A stretch of DNA of 64,000 bases from an uncultured Gemmatimonadales bacterium (GTDB lineage Bacteria > Gemmatimonadota > Gemmatimonadetes > Longimicrobiales > Longimicrobiaceae), in the NCBI GenBank assembly GCA_963793235.1, contig CAWBZF010000003.1, positions 275,493-339,492 of the forward strand, given 5' to 3'. Positions 23,231-33,265 of the stretch are shown piece by piece. The position numbers and the translations under genes were made by a program. A model generated the notes under the pieces. That model ran no database searches and had not been told where the DNA came from. It saw nothing but the letters and a program-made list of their open reading frames with translations. How positions within the stretch are numbered: the stretch's first letter is position 1; the number at the start of each line of letters is the position of its first letter.

Positions 23231-23665
23231 CTACTGCACCGTGAGCGTGCCGAACATCCCCATCGGGACGTGCGGGTCGCACTGGAAGGTGTAGGTCCCC
23301 GGCGCGAGGTCCACCACGAGATCCCAGGTCTGTCCGGGAGCCGTGAGGTACGGGCTCGCCGCCGGAAGGTCAGCGAAGCCGGCGTTCTTGTCGGCCGGGA
23401 AGCTGATGTTGTGTACGTTGTCCACGTTGATGAATCGCACCACGTCGCCCGGGCGCACCGTCACCGCTTCCGGCTCGAAGCGACCGCCGTTGGCCATCGT
23501 CATCCGCACCTCGATCACCTGACCGGTGGTGGCGGCACCGGGGGCCTCAGCCGCCGCGGGAGCAGCGGCCGCAGGCTCCGCCGTCGCCGTCTGCTCGCTG
23601 CCACCGCACGCCGCCACCGTCATCGCCAGCACCAGCGCCGCCACACCTCTGCTCCAGACCTTCAT
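23231..23665 (-). CDS. Type-1 (blue) copper protein, cupredoxin fold (plastocyanin/amicyanin-like), lipoprotein
   Basis: C-terminal copper-ligand motif CDPHVPMGM (Cys-x2-His-x4-Met). Lipobox VAACGG. Confidence 0.8.
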   Translation of the reverse strand: MKVWSRGVAALVLAMTVAACGGSEQTATAEPAAAAPAAAEAPGAATTGQVIEVRMTMANGGRFEPEAVTVRPGDVVRFINVDNVHNISFPADKNAGFADLPAASPYLTAPGQTWDLVVDLAPGTYTFQCDPHVPMGMFGTLTVQ

Positions 23666-23784
23666 ATCCGCAGCTCCCGGGATCTCGTTTGAAATGATAC
23701 AGGATACGCCGCCGAAGATAGGATTCCTCGGCGGCGCAGTCTGTAAGGGGAACGCGGAACTGGCGGTAGGGGAATCCCCTACAT

Positions 23785-23848
23785 TTCAGAATTCAGAATT
23801 TCAGAATTCAGAGCTCAGAGCTCAGAGATCAGAGATCAGAGCTCAAAG
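23785..23848. repeat. AT-rich heptamer tandem repeat (TTCAGAA / CTCAGAG / ATCAGAG, about 9 copies) in the upstream region of the cupredoxin gene
   Basis: Read directly. It lies 120-185 bp upstream of the cupredoxin start codon and ends at the stop codon of the DUF59 gene. Confidence 0.75.
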
Positions 23849-24139
23849 CCCGAGGGCGGAGCGGATGATCGGCGGGATGCGGTCCGCGGTCCAGGGCGGC
23901 GAGAAGGTCAGTTCGACCTCTGCGCTCTCCACGCCATCCACCGCCTCCACCGCCTGCTGCGCCTGGTGCACGATTTCGCCTGCGACCGGGCATGCGGGTG
24001 ATGTGAGCGACATGCTCACGTCCACATGGGTTCCGTTGACCCTGATATCGTAGATGAGCCCGAGAACCACCAGGTCCAGGTTGAGCTCGGGATCCTTGAC
24101 GCCACGCAGTGCCTTTCTGACCTGATCTTCAGTAACCAT
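23843..24139 (-). CDS. DUF59 / MIP18-family Fe-S cluster assembly protein (SufT-like)
   Basis: The DUF59 core (VTEDQVRKALRGVKDPELNLDLVVLGLIYDI...SPACPVAGEI). Start chosen at the internal Met (24139); the ORF extends to 24211. Confidence 0.7.
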   Translation of the reverse strand: MVTEDQVRKALRGVKDPELNLDLVVLGLIYDIRVNGTHVDVSMSLTSPACPVAGEIVHQAQQAVEAVDGVESAEVELTFSPPWTADRIPPIIRSALGL

Positions 24140-24334
24140 CTCAAGTTCTCCGGGTTCGAATCGGCGGGATCGGTCGCCCAGAGCATACCCGTAGCGCCGA
24201 TCGCTTGTCAAGCGGCCTCCGCCGCCCTACAGTCCTACCCCCGCGAGGCCGGTCTGTGCGTTGCATGCGGGTGCAGAGCGGAGGCGGAGCACCGAGGAAC
24301 GACCGGTAGAAACGAACCTTTCAGAAGACGGCTC

Positions 24335-25444
24335 ATGACTACGAACGGCTCGACGGGACATATACGACGGATCGCGATCAACACCGGCGGAGGCGACGCC
24401 CCGGGGCTGAACGCGGTGATTCGCGCGGCGACCCTGGCGGCGCTGCAGAACGGGTGGGAGGTGCTCGGCATTCGCCGTGGATACACGGGACTGCTGGAGG
24501 GGGAGGTGGACGGGGAGCCCGGGCTGGTGCAGCTGACCGCTCAGGCGGTTCGGGGCATCACCCATCTGGGAGGCACGATCCTCGGTACCACCACGCGGGG
24601 CAACCCTTTCGGGCTCGAGGTGCGGAAGCCGGACGGCACCTGGGGCACCAGTGACCGGTCCGACGAGATCGTCTCCCGTTTCCGTGAGATGGAGATCGAC
24701 GCGCTGATCGCCATCGGCGGCGACGGATCGCTGGCCATCGCGCACGCGCTGTACGAGAAGGGGCTGCCGGTGATCGGCGTGCCGAAGACGATCGACAACG
24801 ATCTCAAGGCCACGGACATGACCTTCGGGTTCCAGACGGCGGTGGAAGTGGCGACCGACGCGATCGGCCGCCTGCACTCCACGGCCGAGTCGCACCAGCG
24901 CGCCATGGTGGTGCAGGTGATGGGGCGGCACACCGGATGGATCGCGCTGGAGTCGGGGCTTGCAGGAGGCGCGGACGTGATCCTGATCCCGGAGATCCCG
25001 TACAGCATCGAGCGGATCGTGGAGAAGATCCGGGAGCGGGATGAGCATGGTCGGCGCTTCAGCATCATCGTGGTCGCAGAGGGCGCTCACCCGCAGGGCG
25101 GCGAGCCGAGCTATGTGGGGGGGAGCGGCCGGTACGGCGGCATCGCGGACCGGATCGCCGCGGACATCGAGGCGGCGAGCGGCAAGGAGACCCGCTCGAT
25201 GGTGCTCGGGCATATCCAGCGGGGCGGATCGCCCATTGCCTACGATCGCAACATCGCGCTTCGATTCGGAGCGGCGGCGGTTCGCTGCATCCGGGAGGAG
25301 CAGCTGGGTACGATGGTTGCCCTGCAGGGTCAGCACATCGGCCCCGTTCCTCTCAGCGAGGCGGTGAGCGGACTGAAGACGGTCGGTCGCGAAAGCGACG
25401 CCGTCACCACCGCACGCCAGCTGGGAATTTCGTTCGGGGATTGA
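24335..25444 (+). CDS. pfkA: ATP-dependent 6-phosphofructokinase
   Basis: PFK motifs (IGGDGS, MGR, the GGGDAPGLNA N-terminus). Start at the Met of MTTNGSTGHIRRIAINTGGGDAPG. Confidence 0.85.
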   Translation: MTTNGSTGHIRRIAINTGGGDAPGLNAVIRAATLAALQNGWEVLGIRRGYTGLLEGEVDGEPGLVQLTAQAVRGITHLGGTILGTTTRGNPFGLEVRKPDGTWGTSDRSDEIVSRFREMEIDALIAIGGDGSLAIAHALYEKGLPVIGVPKTIDNDLKATDMTFGFQTAVEVATDAIGRLHSTAESHQRAMVVQVMGRHTGWIALESGLAGGADVILIPEIPYSIERIVEKIRERDEHGRRFSIIVVAEGAHPQGGEPSYVGGSGRYGGIADRIAADIEAASGKETRSMVLGHIQRGGSPIAYDRNIALRFGAAAVRCIREEQLGTMVALQGQHIGPVPLSEAVSGLKTVGRESDAVTTARQLGISFGD

Positions 25445-25514
25445 ATCATGCTCCCACCGGATCGCACGCCGCAGCGGCGGCGGTCGGGAAGGGGAGCCGA
25501 CCCCCGGGAGCGAC

Positions 25515-25895
25515 ATGGGAATTCTATCGGGCAGGCGCCGGCTGGTGTGGGCGGGTGCGATCCTGCTGATGCTCGGGGTCACCCTGCTGGTCAGCCGGTC
25601 GAGACCCGCACGCGGAACCACTGCGGAACTACCGGAGATGATCCTTTCGGACTCGGTTCCCGATCCGCGGGCGGTCGGGATGTGCGCCCGGAGCCGCAAG
25701 ACGGGTCAGGTGGAGGGTGAGATCGTCGGCCTCGTCCAGCGGGAGGTCGCCGAGCAGCCGCAGTACCGGGTGCGGAGCCGGGAGCATCCGGGCGCCGAGT
25801 ACGTCATGGCGGGCGGCATGGTACAGGTGGTGAACTGCGACGACACGGCCACGGTCGCGCTTCCCGGACCCGGTGGAGCGCGGCGCGGCCGCTGA
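25515..25895 (+). CDS. Hypothetical membrane-anchored protein (126 aa)
   Basis: N-terminal TM helix. No family recognised. Confidence 0.35.
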   Translation: MGILSGRRRLVWAGAILLMLGVTLLVSRSRPARGTTAELPEMILSDSVPDPRAVGMCARSRKTGQVEGEIVGLVQREVAEQPQYRVRSREHPGAEYVMAGGMVQVVNCDDTATVALPGPGGARRGR

Positions 25896-25917
25896 GACAT
25901 CAACGAGGGAGCAGCGA

Positions 25918-26220
25918 GTGACACTGACAGCCAAGCAGCGGGCGCACCTCCGGTCGGCGGCGCATCACCTGAAGCCGATCTTCCAGGTCGGGAAGGAGGG
26001 GGTGACCGACTCGGCAATCCGTGCAGTGGAGGACGCGTTCAACACGCGCGAGCTCCTGAAGGTCAAGGTCCAGGAGGCTTCGCCGGTTCCGGCGCGCGAG
26101 GCCGGGACGATCATCGCCGGGCGGATGGAGGGCGTGGAGCACGTGCAGACCATCGGGCGCACCATCGTGCTCTACCGCGAACATCCGCAGAAGCCGGAGA
26201 TCCGTCTGCCGAAGGGCTAG
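25918..26220 (+). CDS. yhbY: YhbY/CRS1-type RNA-binding protein (ribosome assembly factor)
   Basis: LTAKQRAHLRSAAHHLKPIFQVGKEGVTD...GRTIVLYR matches the CRM domain. GTG start at 25918 with an upstream GAGGGA. Confidence 0.7.
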   Translation: MTLTAKQRAHLRSAAHHLKPIFQVGKEGVTDSAIRAVEDAFNTRELLKVKVQEASPVPAREAGTIIAGRMEGVEHVQTIGRTIVLYREHPQKPEIRLPKG

Positions 26221-26328
26221 AACGCGCCGTCCGCCCGCTCCAGGTGGATCGCGCGGAAGTGAGCACAACGTGATGAGCCGCCCGCCCCGGGAGGGGGCGA
26301 GTGGCTCGCTTTCGTTCACCGGAAGGCT

Positions 26329-27180
26329 TCAGTAGATGTAGACCGCCGTACCCACCGGAACGTTCTCGTACATCCAGAGGATGTCATCGCGGCGCATGCG
26401 GATGCAGCCGGCCGAGGCGGCGGAGCCGATGGACGCCTCGTTGTTGGTCCCGTGGAAGTAGTACCCGTCCCGCATCTCCAGCTTCGCGGCGCCGAGCACG
26501 CCCGTGTGCCTGCGCTGCGCGCTCCCCCACGGCGGGATGTAGATCTTTCCGTCCGCGATGGGCTCCCGCCCGGCCGGGAAGCGGGCGAGCGCGTCGCGCG
26601 GAGCGTTGCTCATGTTGACCACCTGCAGCCCCCGCTCGCGAGCGATCCGATGGTAGTGCCAGTCCGGCGGAACCCAGATCGGATCACGTTCCTTGTGCGT
26701 GATCGTCATCTGCCCCCGAGGAGTCTGGAAGCGCTGGGTACGGCCGTTGATCACCATCGTCTGACCGGAGCCCACGGCGACCGGCGCGGTGAAGAGGGTA
26801 TCACTACCCTGCAGGTACCACATGCGCCGCTCGGCGATGGATACCACGAGGTAGGCGCGGTTGGCCGGCACCTCGGCACGGCTCCGCTCCTCGAGGCGCG
26901 CCATGGTATCGCTGAGCTGCTCCAGCTGCCGCGACTCCTGCTGCGCGAGGAACTGCAGCGATCGCGCGTCACGTGTATACGCGATCTCCGCCACGTCGCG
27001 CTTGAAGCGCTCGTTGACCGCCCAGGCGGCAGTCGCCGCGAAGAGTACCGCACCGACCACGAGCACGCCGATCAACAGCAGCACGGCCGCGCGGTAGTCG
27101 TGCGTGATCCGTCTCAGCCGTCCCGGCGGCGCCTGGTTGCGGCGCTCGGGCGTACCCGACCTGGTTCTGCGTTCGTCCAT
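26329..27180 (-). CDS. L,D-transpeptidase (YkuD domain), membrane-anchored
   Basis: The catalytic motif HGTNNEASIGSAASAGCIRM and an N-terminal TM segment. Confidence 0.85.
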   Translation of the reverse strand: MDERRTRSGTPERRNQAPPGRLRRITHDYRAAVLLLIGVLVVGAVLFAATAAWAVNERFKRDVAEIAYTRDARSLQFLAQQESRQLEQLSDTMARLEERSRAEVPANRAYLVVSIAERRMWYLQGSDTLFTAPVAVGSGQTMVINGRTQRFQTPRGQMTITHKERDPIWVPPDWHYHRIARERGLQVVNMSNAPRDALARFPAGREPIADGKIYIPPWGSAQRRHTGVLGAAKLEMRDGYYFHGTNNEASIGSAASAGCIRMRRDDILWMYENVPVGTAVYIY

Positions 27181-27193
27181 CGCGAGCCGCTCC

Positions 27194-27901
27194 TCAGTAG
27201 ATGTAGACGGGGATGTCCACCCGTATGGCGTCGAAGATCGCGCGCAGGTCCGATTCGGAGGCCGCGTAGGAGGCCGGCTTCACCTGATCCACGTAGGGAC
27301 CGCGCTCCGGCTGGCTGTAGATCTCCGTGCCATCGTCCAACCTGAGCACATACCGGCCGAGTGCGCCCTGCACCCGCCGGTCCTCCTCCGCAGGTACCGC
27401 GGTCCCCTGCCCGACGAATACCCACTCGGGAATCGTGTACGTCTGGTTCTGTGACTTCTCCGCCAGGTGCCGCTCGCCGAGGGCCCGGATGAACCGCCAC
27501 TCACGTCCGTCAGGAGCCCGAACCACCGAATCCGGGCCGATCGTGATCCGCGCCTGCCGCAGCGTCGCCGGTCCGTGGCGCAGATACAGAGTGGAGTCGT
27601 CGGTACTGATCGCGAGATGGATCCCCTGCTCCTGCATCGACTTGATCCGCAACTCGCGCTGCATCAGCGCCACCGCCATCTGGGTCCGGCGCGCGCGTGA
27701 CTCGAGCACCCGGTCCCGTACCTCCCGCTCCGTCTCCGTCATCATCTCGTCCAGCATCGCCGCGTCCGACCGGTACTGAGGCACACGGGTACCGACCACG
27801 GTCGTGGCGGTCAGTAGCAGGAGGAGAAGTGCGACCGTCCCCCAGAAGAAGACGGGGTGTTCCCGGCGCAGGCCGGAGATTCCTCGCTGGTGCTCGGACA
27901 T
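27194..27901 (-). CDS. L,D-transpeptidase-like paralogue lacking the His/Cys catalytic motif
   Basis: Same architecture (N-terminal TM, coiled linker) and the same C-terminal ending (...IPVYIY versus ...TAVYIY) as the upstream gene, but no HG...C motif. Confidence 0.5.
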   Translation of the reverse strand: MSEHQRGISGLRREHPVFFWGTVALLLLLLTATTVVGTRVPQYRSDAAMLDEMMTETEREVRDRVLESRARRTQMAVALMQRELRIKSMQEQGIHLAISTDDSTLYLRHGPATLRQARITIGPDSVVRAPDGREWRFIRALGERHLAEKSQNQTYTIPEWVFVGQGTAVPAEEDRRVQGALGRYVLRLDDGTEIYSQPERGPYVDQVKPASYAASESDLRAIFDAIRVDIPVYIY

Positions 27902-28131
27902 GTACGTTCCGCTCGCGGTTGAAAGGGATTGCTACGGAGCAGCATCTGCAAATCGCATTCCCGGACCCGGCGATACCATAACACCCGTGCTGACAACAAC
28001 TTGTGAACAAGCATCCGCGTTGGCAGGGCGGTCGGCCGGGAGGCCCGGCCACCTCTGTCCGTGCGTCGGTGGCCGATGCATCCTACATTGCACCGCTCCA
28101 CCGAGTCCCCAAAACCAGGAGACGGTTCCGG

Positions 28132-28497
28132 GTCATGAGAACATTCTGGATCCTCGGCTGCACCTTCGGACTGCTCGCGGTGGCGGCGGGGGCATTCGGA
28201 GCCCATGCGCTCCGCGACCGCCTGACGCCCGAATACCTCGCCGTGTTCGAGACCGGGGTGAGATACCAGATGTACCATGCCTTCGCCCTGCTCGCGGCCG
28301 CCTGGGCAGCCGGCCAGTGGCCGGGTGGCAGCGCGACGTGGGCCGGGTGGCTCTTCACCGCCGGGATCGTGATCTTCTCCGGCAGCCTGTACATCCTGAC
28401 GCTGAGCGGCGTACGCTGGCTGGGCGCGATCACGCCAATCGGCGGCGTGGCGCTTCTCGCCGGGTGGGTGGCGCTGGCGCTCTCGTCACGGGGCTGA
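28132..28497 (+). CDS. DUF423 (YgdD/TMEM256) family membrane protein
   Basis: AFGAHALRDRLTPEYLAVFETGVRYQMYHAFALL is a typical DUF423 sequence. Start at MRTFWILG. Confidence 0.75.
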   Translation, partial: VMRTFWILGCTFGLLAVAAGAFGAHALRDRLTPEYLAVFETGVRYQMYHAFALLAAAWAAGQWPGGSATWAGWLFTAGIVIFSGSLYILTLSGVRWLGAITPIGGVALLAGWVALALSSRG

Positions 28498-28684
28498 TTG
28501 TCCTCGTGTGGAGACAGCGTTCGTCCGTTGCATGGGACGTCGAAGAATCCATACATGTCCCCCGGAACAGCGTCAACTGGTTTGGTTGCATCGATCAACG
28601 ATGTTCCGCCGCCGATGGACCTGTAATTGCTGCATTAGGCACCCCGCGCAGTGACGAAATTCGATCGCTCCACAGGAGGTCGGA

Positions 28685-29800
28685 ATGAGAGCACCGTTCG
28701 TAGTGGCAGCCCTGCTGACCACCCTTGCCGCGTGCGCGCTTCCGGCAGGGAGTGGAACCCATGGTGGTGGGTATGAGCCGCTTCGTGCCTTCGTCTCCGG
28801 CCCGGAGCTCGGCGGCGGGCTCGGGTTCCAGTTGAACCGCCCCGCCTACGTGGCGATCTTCGAGGTGATGCCAGGCCGCGGCACGTCGCTGGTGTATCCT
28901 TACCCGGGTAGCGGGAGGAGCAGCGGGTACGCCTTCTCCGGCCGGGCGCATCTGGGAAGCCAGCGGTTTGCCGGCCGGGATATCTACCTTCCGACGTACG
29001 GTCACGGCGTGCTGCAGGGACCTACCTTCTACCTGCTGATCGCGTCGGAGCAGCCGATGAACCTGGACCGGCTCGGCGCGTACGGGATGGGCCTGCGGAG
29101 TGCGCTGGGGAATCACTGGGCCGCCTACAGCCCGTATCAGACGATGGAGCGGTTGGCGGAGACGGTGCTGCCGAGCATGGCCGACGATGGCAGTTGGACG
29201 AGTGATCTGTACGTGCACTGGCCGCAGGCGCTTGCGCGTGACCCGGACGGCCGCTCCGTGCTGCTGAACTGCAACGGGTACCAGACATACGTGCGGCTCG
29301 AGTACGTGGCGCTTGCATACCGCACCTTCTGCATGCAGCAGAACGAGGTCCCGACGGAGCGCACCGACAGCGCGCAGACGCCCGCCCCGGGTGTGGAGAT
29401 CGTGCCACGGCGGCGGCCGGCGCCGGAGGGGAGGAGCGGGCTGCAGGAACGGGTGCGCACGAGTTCCCAGATGGAGGAGCGACAGGAAGCACGGGAACGG
29501 CGCACTCCGGGTGGCCGGATGGGCGACGGAGGGGAGATGCGACGCGCCGGTGCCGGTGTGGAGCGGAGTGGAACCGCGCGCCGCGCCGGCACGACGCCAG
29601 GCAGCGGGGAAGCGGGACCGGTGCGGGGACCGCGCGGTCAGCCGCAGGAGCGTGGCATCCCGGGTGGGGATGGGGCATCGACGTCGGTTCGGACGGCGTC
29701 GCCATCGGGCGAGGCCGCGACACGGGCGGCGCCCGATCGGTCGAGCGCACCCGCGACTCCGGCGCCCGCTCCCACGTCGGAGCGCTGCGCGGACTGCTGA
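28685..29800 (+). CDS. Hypothetical lipoprotein with a low-complexity Arg/Gly/Glu-rich C-terminal tail
   Basis: Signal peptide plus lipobox (LAACA) and a roughly 220-aa globular part. The tail may be non-coding, and the 3' end is uncertain. Confidence 0.45.
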   Translation: MRAPFVVAALLTTLAACALPAGSGTHGGGYEPLRAFVSGPELGGGLGFQLNRPAYVAIFEVMPGRGTSLVYPYPGSGRSSGYAFSGRAHLGSQRFAGRDIYLPTYGHGVLQGPTFYLLIASEQPMNLDRLGAYGMGLRSALGNHWAAYSPYQTMERLAETVLPSMADDGSWTSDLYVHWPQALARDPDGRSVLLNCNGYQTYVRLEYVALAYRTFCMQQNEVPTERTDSAQTPAPGVEIVPRRRPAPEGRSGLQERVRTSSQMEERQEARERRTPGGRMGDGGEMRRAGAGVERSGTARRAGTTPGSGEAGPVRGPRGQPQERGIPGGDGASTSVRTASPSGEAATRAAPDRSSAPATPAPAPTSERCADC

Positions 29801-29891
29801 CCCGCCGCCACGTCGCCCTTCCGATCCATGGCATGCGGCTCGCCTCCCCCGCTCGGGGGGAGGCGAGCTTCCATTTCTGACACCTTCGCCG

Positions 29892-30575
29892 ATGAGTCTC
29901 GACATCCTCCGCCGGGACGTGGAGAGCTGCCGCGCGTGTCCTCGACTGGTGGAGTGGCGCGAACGAGTTGGACTCGAGAAACGGCGCGCCTTCTCCGAGT
30001 GGCAGTACTGGGCGCGCCCCGTCCCGGGCTTCGGCGATCCGCTGGCGCGCCTCCTGGTCCTCGGACTGGCGCCCGCGGCTCACGGCGCCAACCGCACCGG
30101 CAGGGTCTTCACCGGCGATCGCTCCGGAGACTGGCTGTTCGCCGCGCTCCACAGGGCAGGATTTGCGAACCAGCCGACATCGGTGAGCGCGGATGACGGG
30201 CTCGCCCTCCGGGACGCCTGGGTGACCGCCGCGGTGAAGTGCGCTCCCCCGGACAACAGGCCGTCTCCCGGCGAGCGGGACTGCTGCCAGCCCTTCCTGC
30301 TCCGGGAACTCGCCGCGCTCCCTCGCCTGCGCGCGATCCTCTGCCTCGGTGGGTTCGGGTGGGACCAGGCAATACGGGTGCTGCGCGCATCCGGCCGGGA
30401 GATCCCGCGCCCGCTGCCTCGCTTCGGGCACGGCGCGCTCGCTCGAGTGGCCGATCTGGTCCTGATCGGTTCCTACCATCCCAGCCAGCAGAACACCTTC
30501 ACCGGGCGCCTCACCGAGCCGATGCTGGACGATGTGATGCGGCTCTCCCGGGCCGCCATCGAGGAGCGGGCGTAG
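29892..30575 (+). CDS. Uracil-DNA glycosylase, family 4
   Basis: CRACPRL...GFGDP...[23 protein letters not shown] matches the family-4 UDG motifs. ATG at 29892. Confidence 0.85.
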   Translation: MSLDILRRDVESCRACPRLVEWRERVGLEKRRAFSEWQYWARPVPGFGDPLARLLVLGLAPAAHGANRTGRVFTGDRSGDWLFAALHRAGFANQPTSVSADDGLALRDAWVTAAVKCAPPDNRPSPGERDCCQPFLLRELAALPRLRAILCLGGFGWDQAIRVLRASGREIPRPLPRFGHGALARVADLVLIGSYHPSQQNTFTGRLTEPMLDDVMRLSRAAIEERA

Positions 30576-30691
30576 ACGTCAACCCGCTCGCCATGAGGGT
30601 GGCGATTGGCGGGTGGTCGAGACTATATTGCGGGTCGGAGAACGGGTGTTTCCCCGCTCGACGGCCCGCCACCTCTGCAGAGGTACACCGG

Positions 30692-31222
30692 ATGCTCCCG
30701 TTCTATCTCTTCTGCCTCATCGTTGGCGGCGGCCTCCTCCTCTTCTCGCTCGCAGGTTCGGACGGCGAGGGGGTGGAGGGCCCGGATGGCGGCACGATGG
30801 CGCACGAGTTCTTCTCCGTGCGCGCCCTCTCCTATTTCATGGCCGGCTTCGGTGCCACCGGGTTCCTGGTGGGGTTGATCACTGAGACCGGAACGATGGC
30901 GACCCTGGTCTGGGCGGTGGCCACGGGCGTGATCGCCTCCGGATCCGCGGCGATGCTTTACGGGTGGTTGCGGGAAACGGAGAGTGGGGTCGTGGCGACC
31001 AGTTCAGACCACCTCTCGGGTCTTCCGGCGCGCGTGGTCGTGCCGGTGACCGGCGGGCAGCGGGGCAAGGTGCTGGTGGTGAGCGAGGGGCGCGAGCTGG
31101 AATTGCTGGCGCGCCTCTACGGTTCGGCGGACCCGGAGTGCCCGCGCGGAAGCACCGTGGTAATCGTCGAGATGGAGGGGGATACGGCTCTGGTCACCCC
31201 CGCGGCATTTCTTCCTTCCTGA
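30692..31222 (+). CDS. NfeD-family membrane protein (partner of flotillin/SPFH proteins)
   Basis: TM helices followed by a C-terminal OB-like segment. It lies immediately upstream of the flotillin gene. ATG at 30692. Confidence 0.7.
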   Translation: MLPFYLFCLIVGGGLLLFSLAGSDGEGVEGPDGGTMAHEFFSVRALSYFMAGFGATGFLVGLITETGTMATLVWAVATGVIASGSAAMLYGWLRETESGVVATSSDHLSGLPARVVVPVTGGQRGKVLVVSEGRELELLARLYGSADPECPRGSTVVIVEMEGDTALVTPAAFLPS

Positions 31223-31240
31223 AGTGGAGGTGTTGTAGCC

Positions 31241-32761
31241 ATGGAGACAGCCCTGATCGCAGGTCTCGTAGTTCTGGGACTGATCGTCGTGATGCTGCTG
31301 ACGGTGAGTCAGCTGATCGTGATCGCCGAGCCGAACGAGGCAGTGGTGCTCACCGGGCGCAAGTCCGGGTACCGGATCGTGCGAGGCGGCAGGACGTTCC
31401 GGGTGCCGCTGATCGAGCGGGTGAGCCGGATGCCGCTGCGCACCATCCCGATCGAGGTGAAGGTGGAGAACGCCTTCTCGAAGGGCGGGATCCCGCTGGA
31501 GGTGCAGGGGATCGCGAACGTGAAGATCGCATCGGATCCGCCGGAGGTGTTCAACAATGCGGTCGAGCGGCTGCTGGACCTGGAGCTCTCCGAGATCTAT
31601 CGGATCGCGAAGGACACACTCGAGGGCAACCTCCGCGGCGTGCTGGCCACCCTCTCTCCGGAGGAGGTGAACGAGGATCGGCTGAAGTTCGCCAACGAGC
31701 TGATCGAGGAGGCCGACTCGGATCTGCAGCGGCTGGGTCTGCAGCTTGACATGCTGAAGATTCAGAACGTGACGGATCGGGTAAGCTATCTGGACTCGAT
31801 CGGTCGGGCGAAGAACGCGGAGATCCTGCGAATCGCAGCCGTTGCCGAGGCGGAGCGTCACGCGGAGCGACTGGAGAGCGAGGCGGAGGCGCGGCGGCGA
31901 AGCGAGGTGGCGAACGCGCAGGCATCCATCGCGATCAGCGAAGCGGAGAACGATCTGAAGATCCGGCAGATCGGACTGGCGCAGGAAGCGATCGCCGCGG
32001 AGGCGCAGCGGCAGGCGGAGACCCGCGCCAAGGAAGCACAGGCGCGGCGTGAGGCCGAGATCGCGGAGGCGGAGGCTTCCGTTGCGATTGCGGAGGCCCA
32101 GGCCGAGGCGAACCGTCGTTCCGAGGTGGCACGGGCCGAAGCGGCGCTCAAGGTGGCGGAGGCGCAGAACGCGCTGCGTGTACGGCAGGCCGAGCTTCAG
32201 CAGGAGGCATCGTCCAAGGAGAAGGTCGCCGTCGCGGAAGCGGAGCGCGCCGAGGTCGTCGCGCAGCAGCGACTGGAGATCGCTCGCGTGGACATGCAGC
32301 AACAGCGCCTTCGTGCCGACGTGATCGAGCCGGCCGAGGCGGACCGGCGCGCCGCCGAGCTGAAGGCCGAGGGAGAGGCCGCGCTGATCCGCGAGCGCGG
32401 AATGGCGCAGGTCATGGTGTTCGAGGCGCTGATGCAGCGGATGGTGGAGGGCGGTGACCATGCGCTCCGCGTCTACCTCGCCGAGAAGCTGCCGGAGATG
32501 TTCCAGCGTGCCGCCGAGTCGATGGACGAGATCACGATCGACAAGCTGGTGGTGCTGGACCGCGATGGCGAGGGAGTGGCACGTGTCGCCAACCAGAAGC
32601 CGGCGGCGATTCTCTCCATGATCGAGCAGCTTTCCAGCGGCCTGGGAGTGGACATGCAGGACGTGCTGCGCGGAGCGATGCAGGGCCGGCGTGCCGTGGA
32701 CCACGAGGTGCTCGCCGCTTCGCCCGTACCGGGGACTCCCGCGCCGCCACCGGCTGGCTGA
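31241..32761 (+). CDS. Flotillin-like SPFH/band-7 protein (FloA/YuaG-type)
   Basis: An N-terminal TM, an SPFH domain, and a very long Ala/Glu-rich coiled-coil (the AEAE... repeats) typical of flotillins. A GGAGG SD is present. Confidence 0.85.
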   Translation: METALIAGLVVLGLIVVMLLTVSQLIVIAEPNEAVVLTGRKSGYRIVRGGRTFRVPLIERVSRMPLRTIPIEVKVENAFSKGGIPLEVQGIANVKIASDPPEVFNNAVERLLDLELSEIYRIAKDTLEGNLRGVLATLSPEEVNEDRLKFANELIEEADSDLQRLGLQLDMLKIQNVTDRVSYLDSIGRAKNAEILRIAAVAEAERHAERLESEAEARRRSEVANAQASIAISEAENDLKIRQIGLAQEAIAAEAQRQAETRAKEAQARREAEIAEAEASVAIAEAQAEANRRSEVARAEAALKVAEAQNALRVRQAELQQEASSKEKVAVAEAERAEVVAQQRLEIARVDMQQQRLRADVIEPAEADRRAAELKAEGEAALIRERGMAQVMVFEALMQRMVEGGDHALRVYLAEKLPEMFQRAAESMDEITIDKLVVLDRDGEGVARVANQKPAAILSMIEQLSSGLGVDMQDVLRGAMQGRRAVDHEVLAASPVPGTPAPPPAG

Positions 32762-32861
32762 GCTCCGGAAGCCGGCAAGGTCCTACGCTTCGCGTGCCTT
32801 GCGACCGGAGAGCGAACTCGACCGGGGCCCTACGCTGGCCCTTCGCTCGCCAAGGACGACG

Positions 32862-32898
32862 GGTGAACCCGCCCCCCCGGAGCGGGTTCACTTTTTTC
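32862..32898 (+). terminator. Rho-independent terminator after the flotillin operon
   Basis: GTGAACCCGC-CCCCCCGGAG-CGGGTTCAC followed by TTTTTTC. Confidence 0.8.
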
Positions 32899-33088
32899 TG
32901 CGGGAGGCGCTCCGCCCACGGTGTGCGGAGTTCGAGATCCCTTCCGCGGCGACCGTCGGAAGGGCAGTGTGGGGGATCTCCCCACGTCGCGTCCGGCAGA
33001 TCGCTACGTGACTGGAAAGCAGGCCGCACCTAGATTGGGGACCCTCCGGTAAGCCCCATAAGGTCTGGCGCCGTACGACGGGCCGGGG

Positions 33089-33094
33089 TATAAT
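33089..33094 (+). promoter_or_regulatory. Candidate -10 element (TATAAT) of the cytochrome oxidase operon promoter
   Basis: A perfect TATAAT about 170 nt upstream of coxB. No convincing -35 was found. Confidence 0.3.
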
Positions 33095-33265
33095 GCGCCT
33101 CGCCTGCCCCGGATGGGCAGCGTTGTCGCGCGCGGAAAAACTTACACCTTATACGGACACCGAGCCCTCACCGTCATGATGTCACGTGCGGAACCCACCC
33201 GGCGGGGAGCCGAGAAGCCAGGCTCCACAGCGGCACCGTTCCGGGTCCCTCCGGTCCTGAGGCGG

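Noticed and set aside
24227-25699. A 490-aa minus-strand ORF
   Set aside because: It is antisense to pfkA.
31004-32704. A 566-aa minus-strand ORF
   Set aside because: It is antisense to the flotillin gene, whose SPFH domain and coiled-coil are unambiguous.
32925-32960. A tRNA-like T-loop (GAGTTCGAGATCCC)
   Set aside because: The flanking bases do not form a T-stem or acceptor stem, and no cloverleaf can be drawn.
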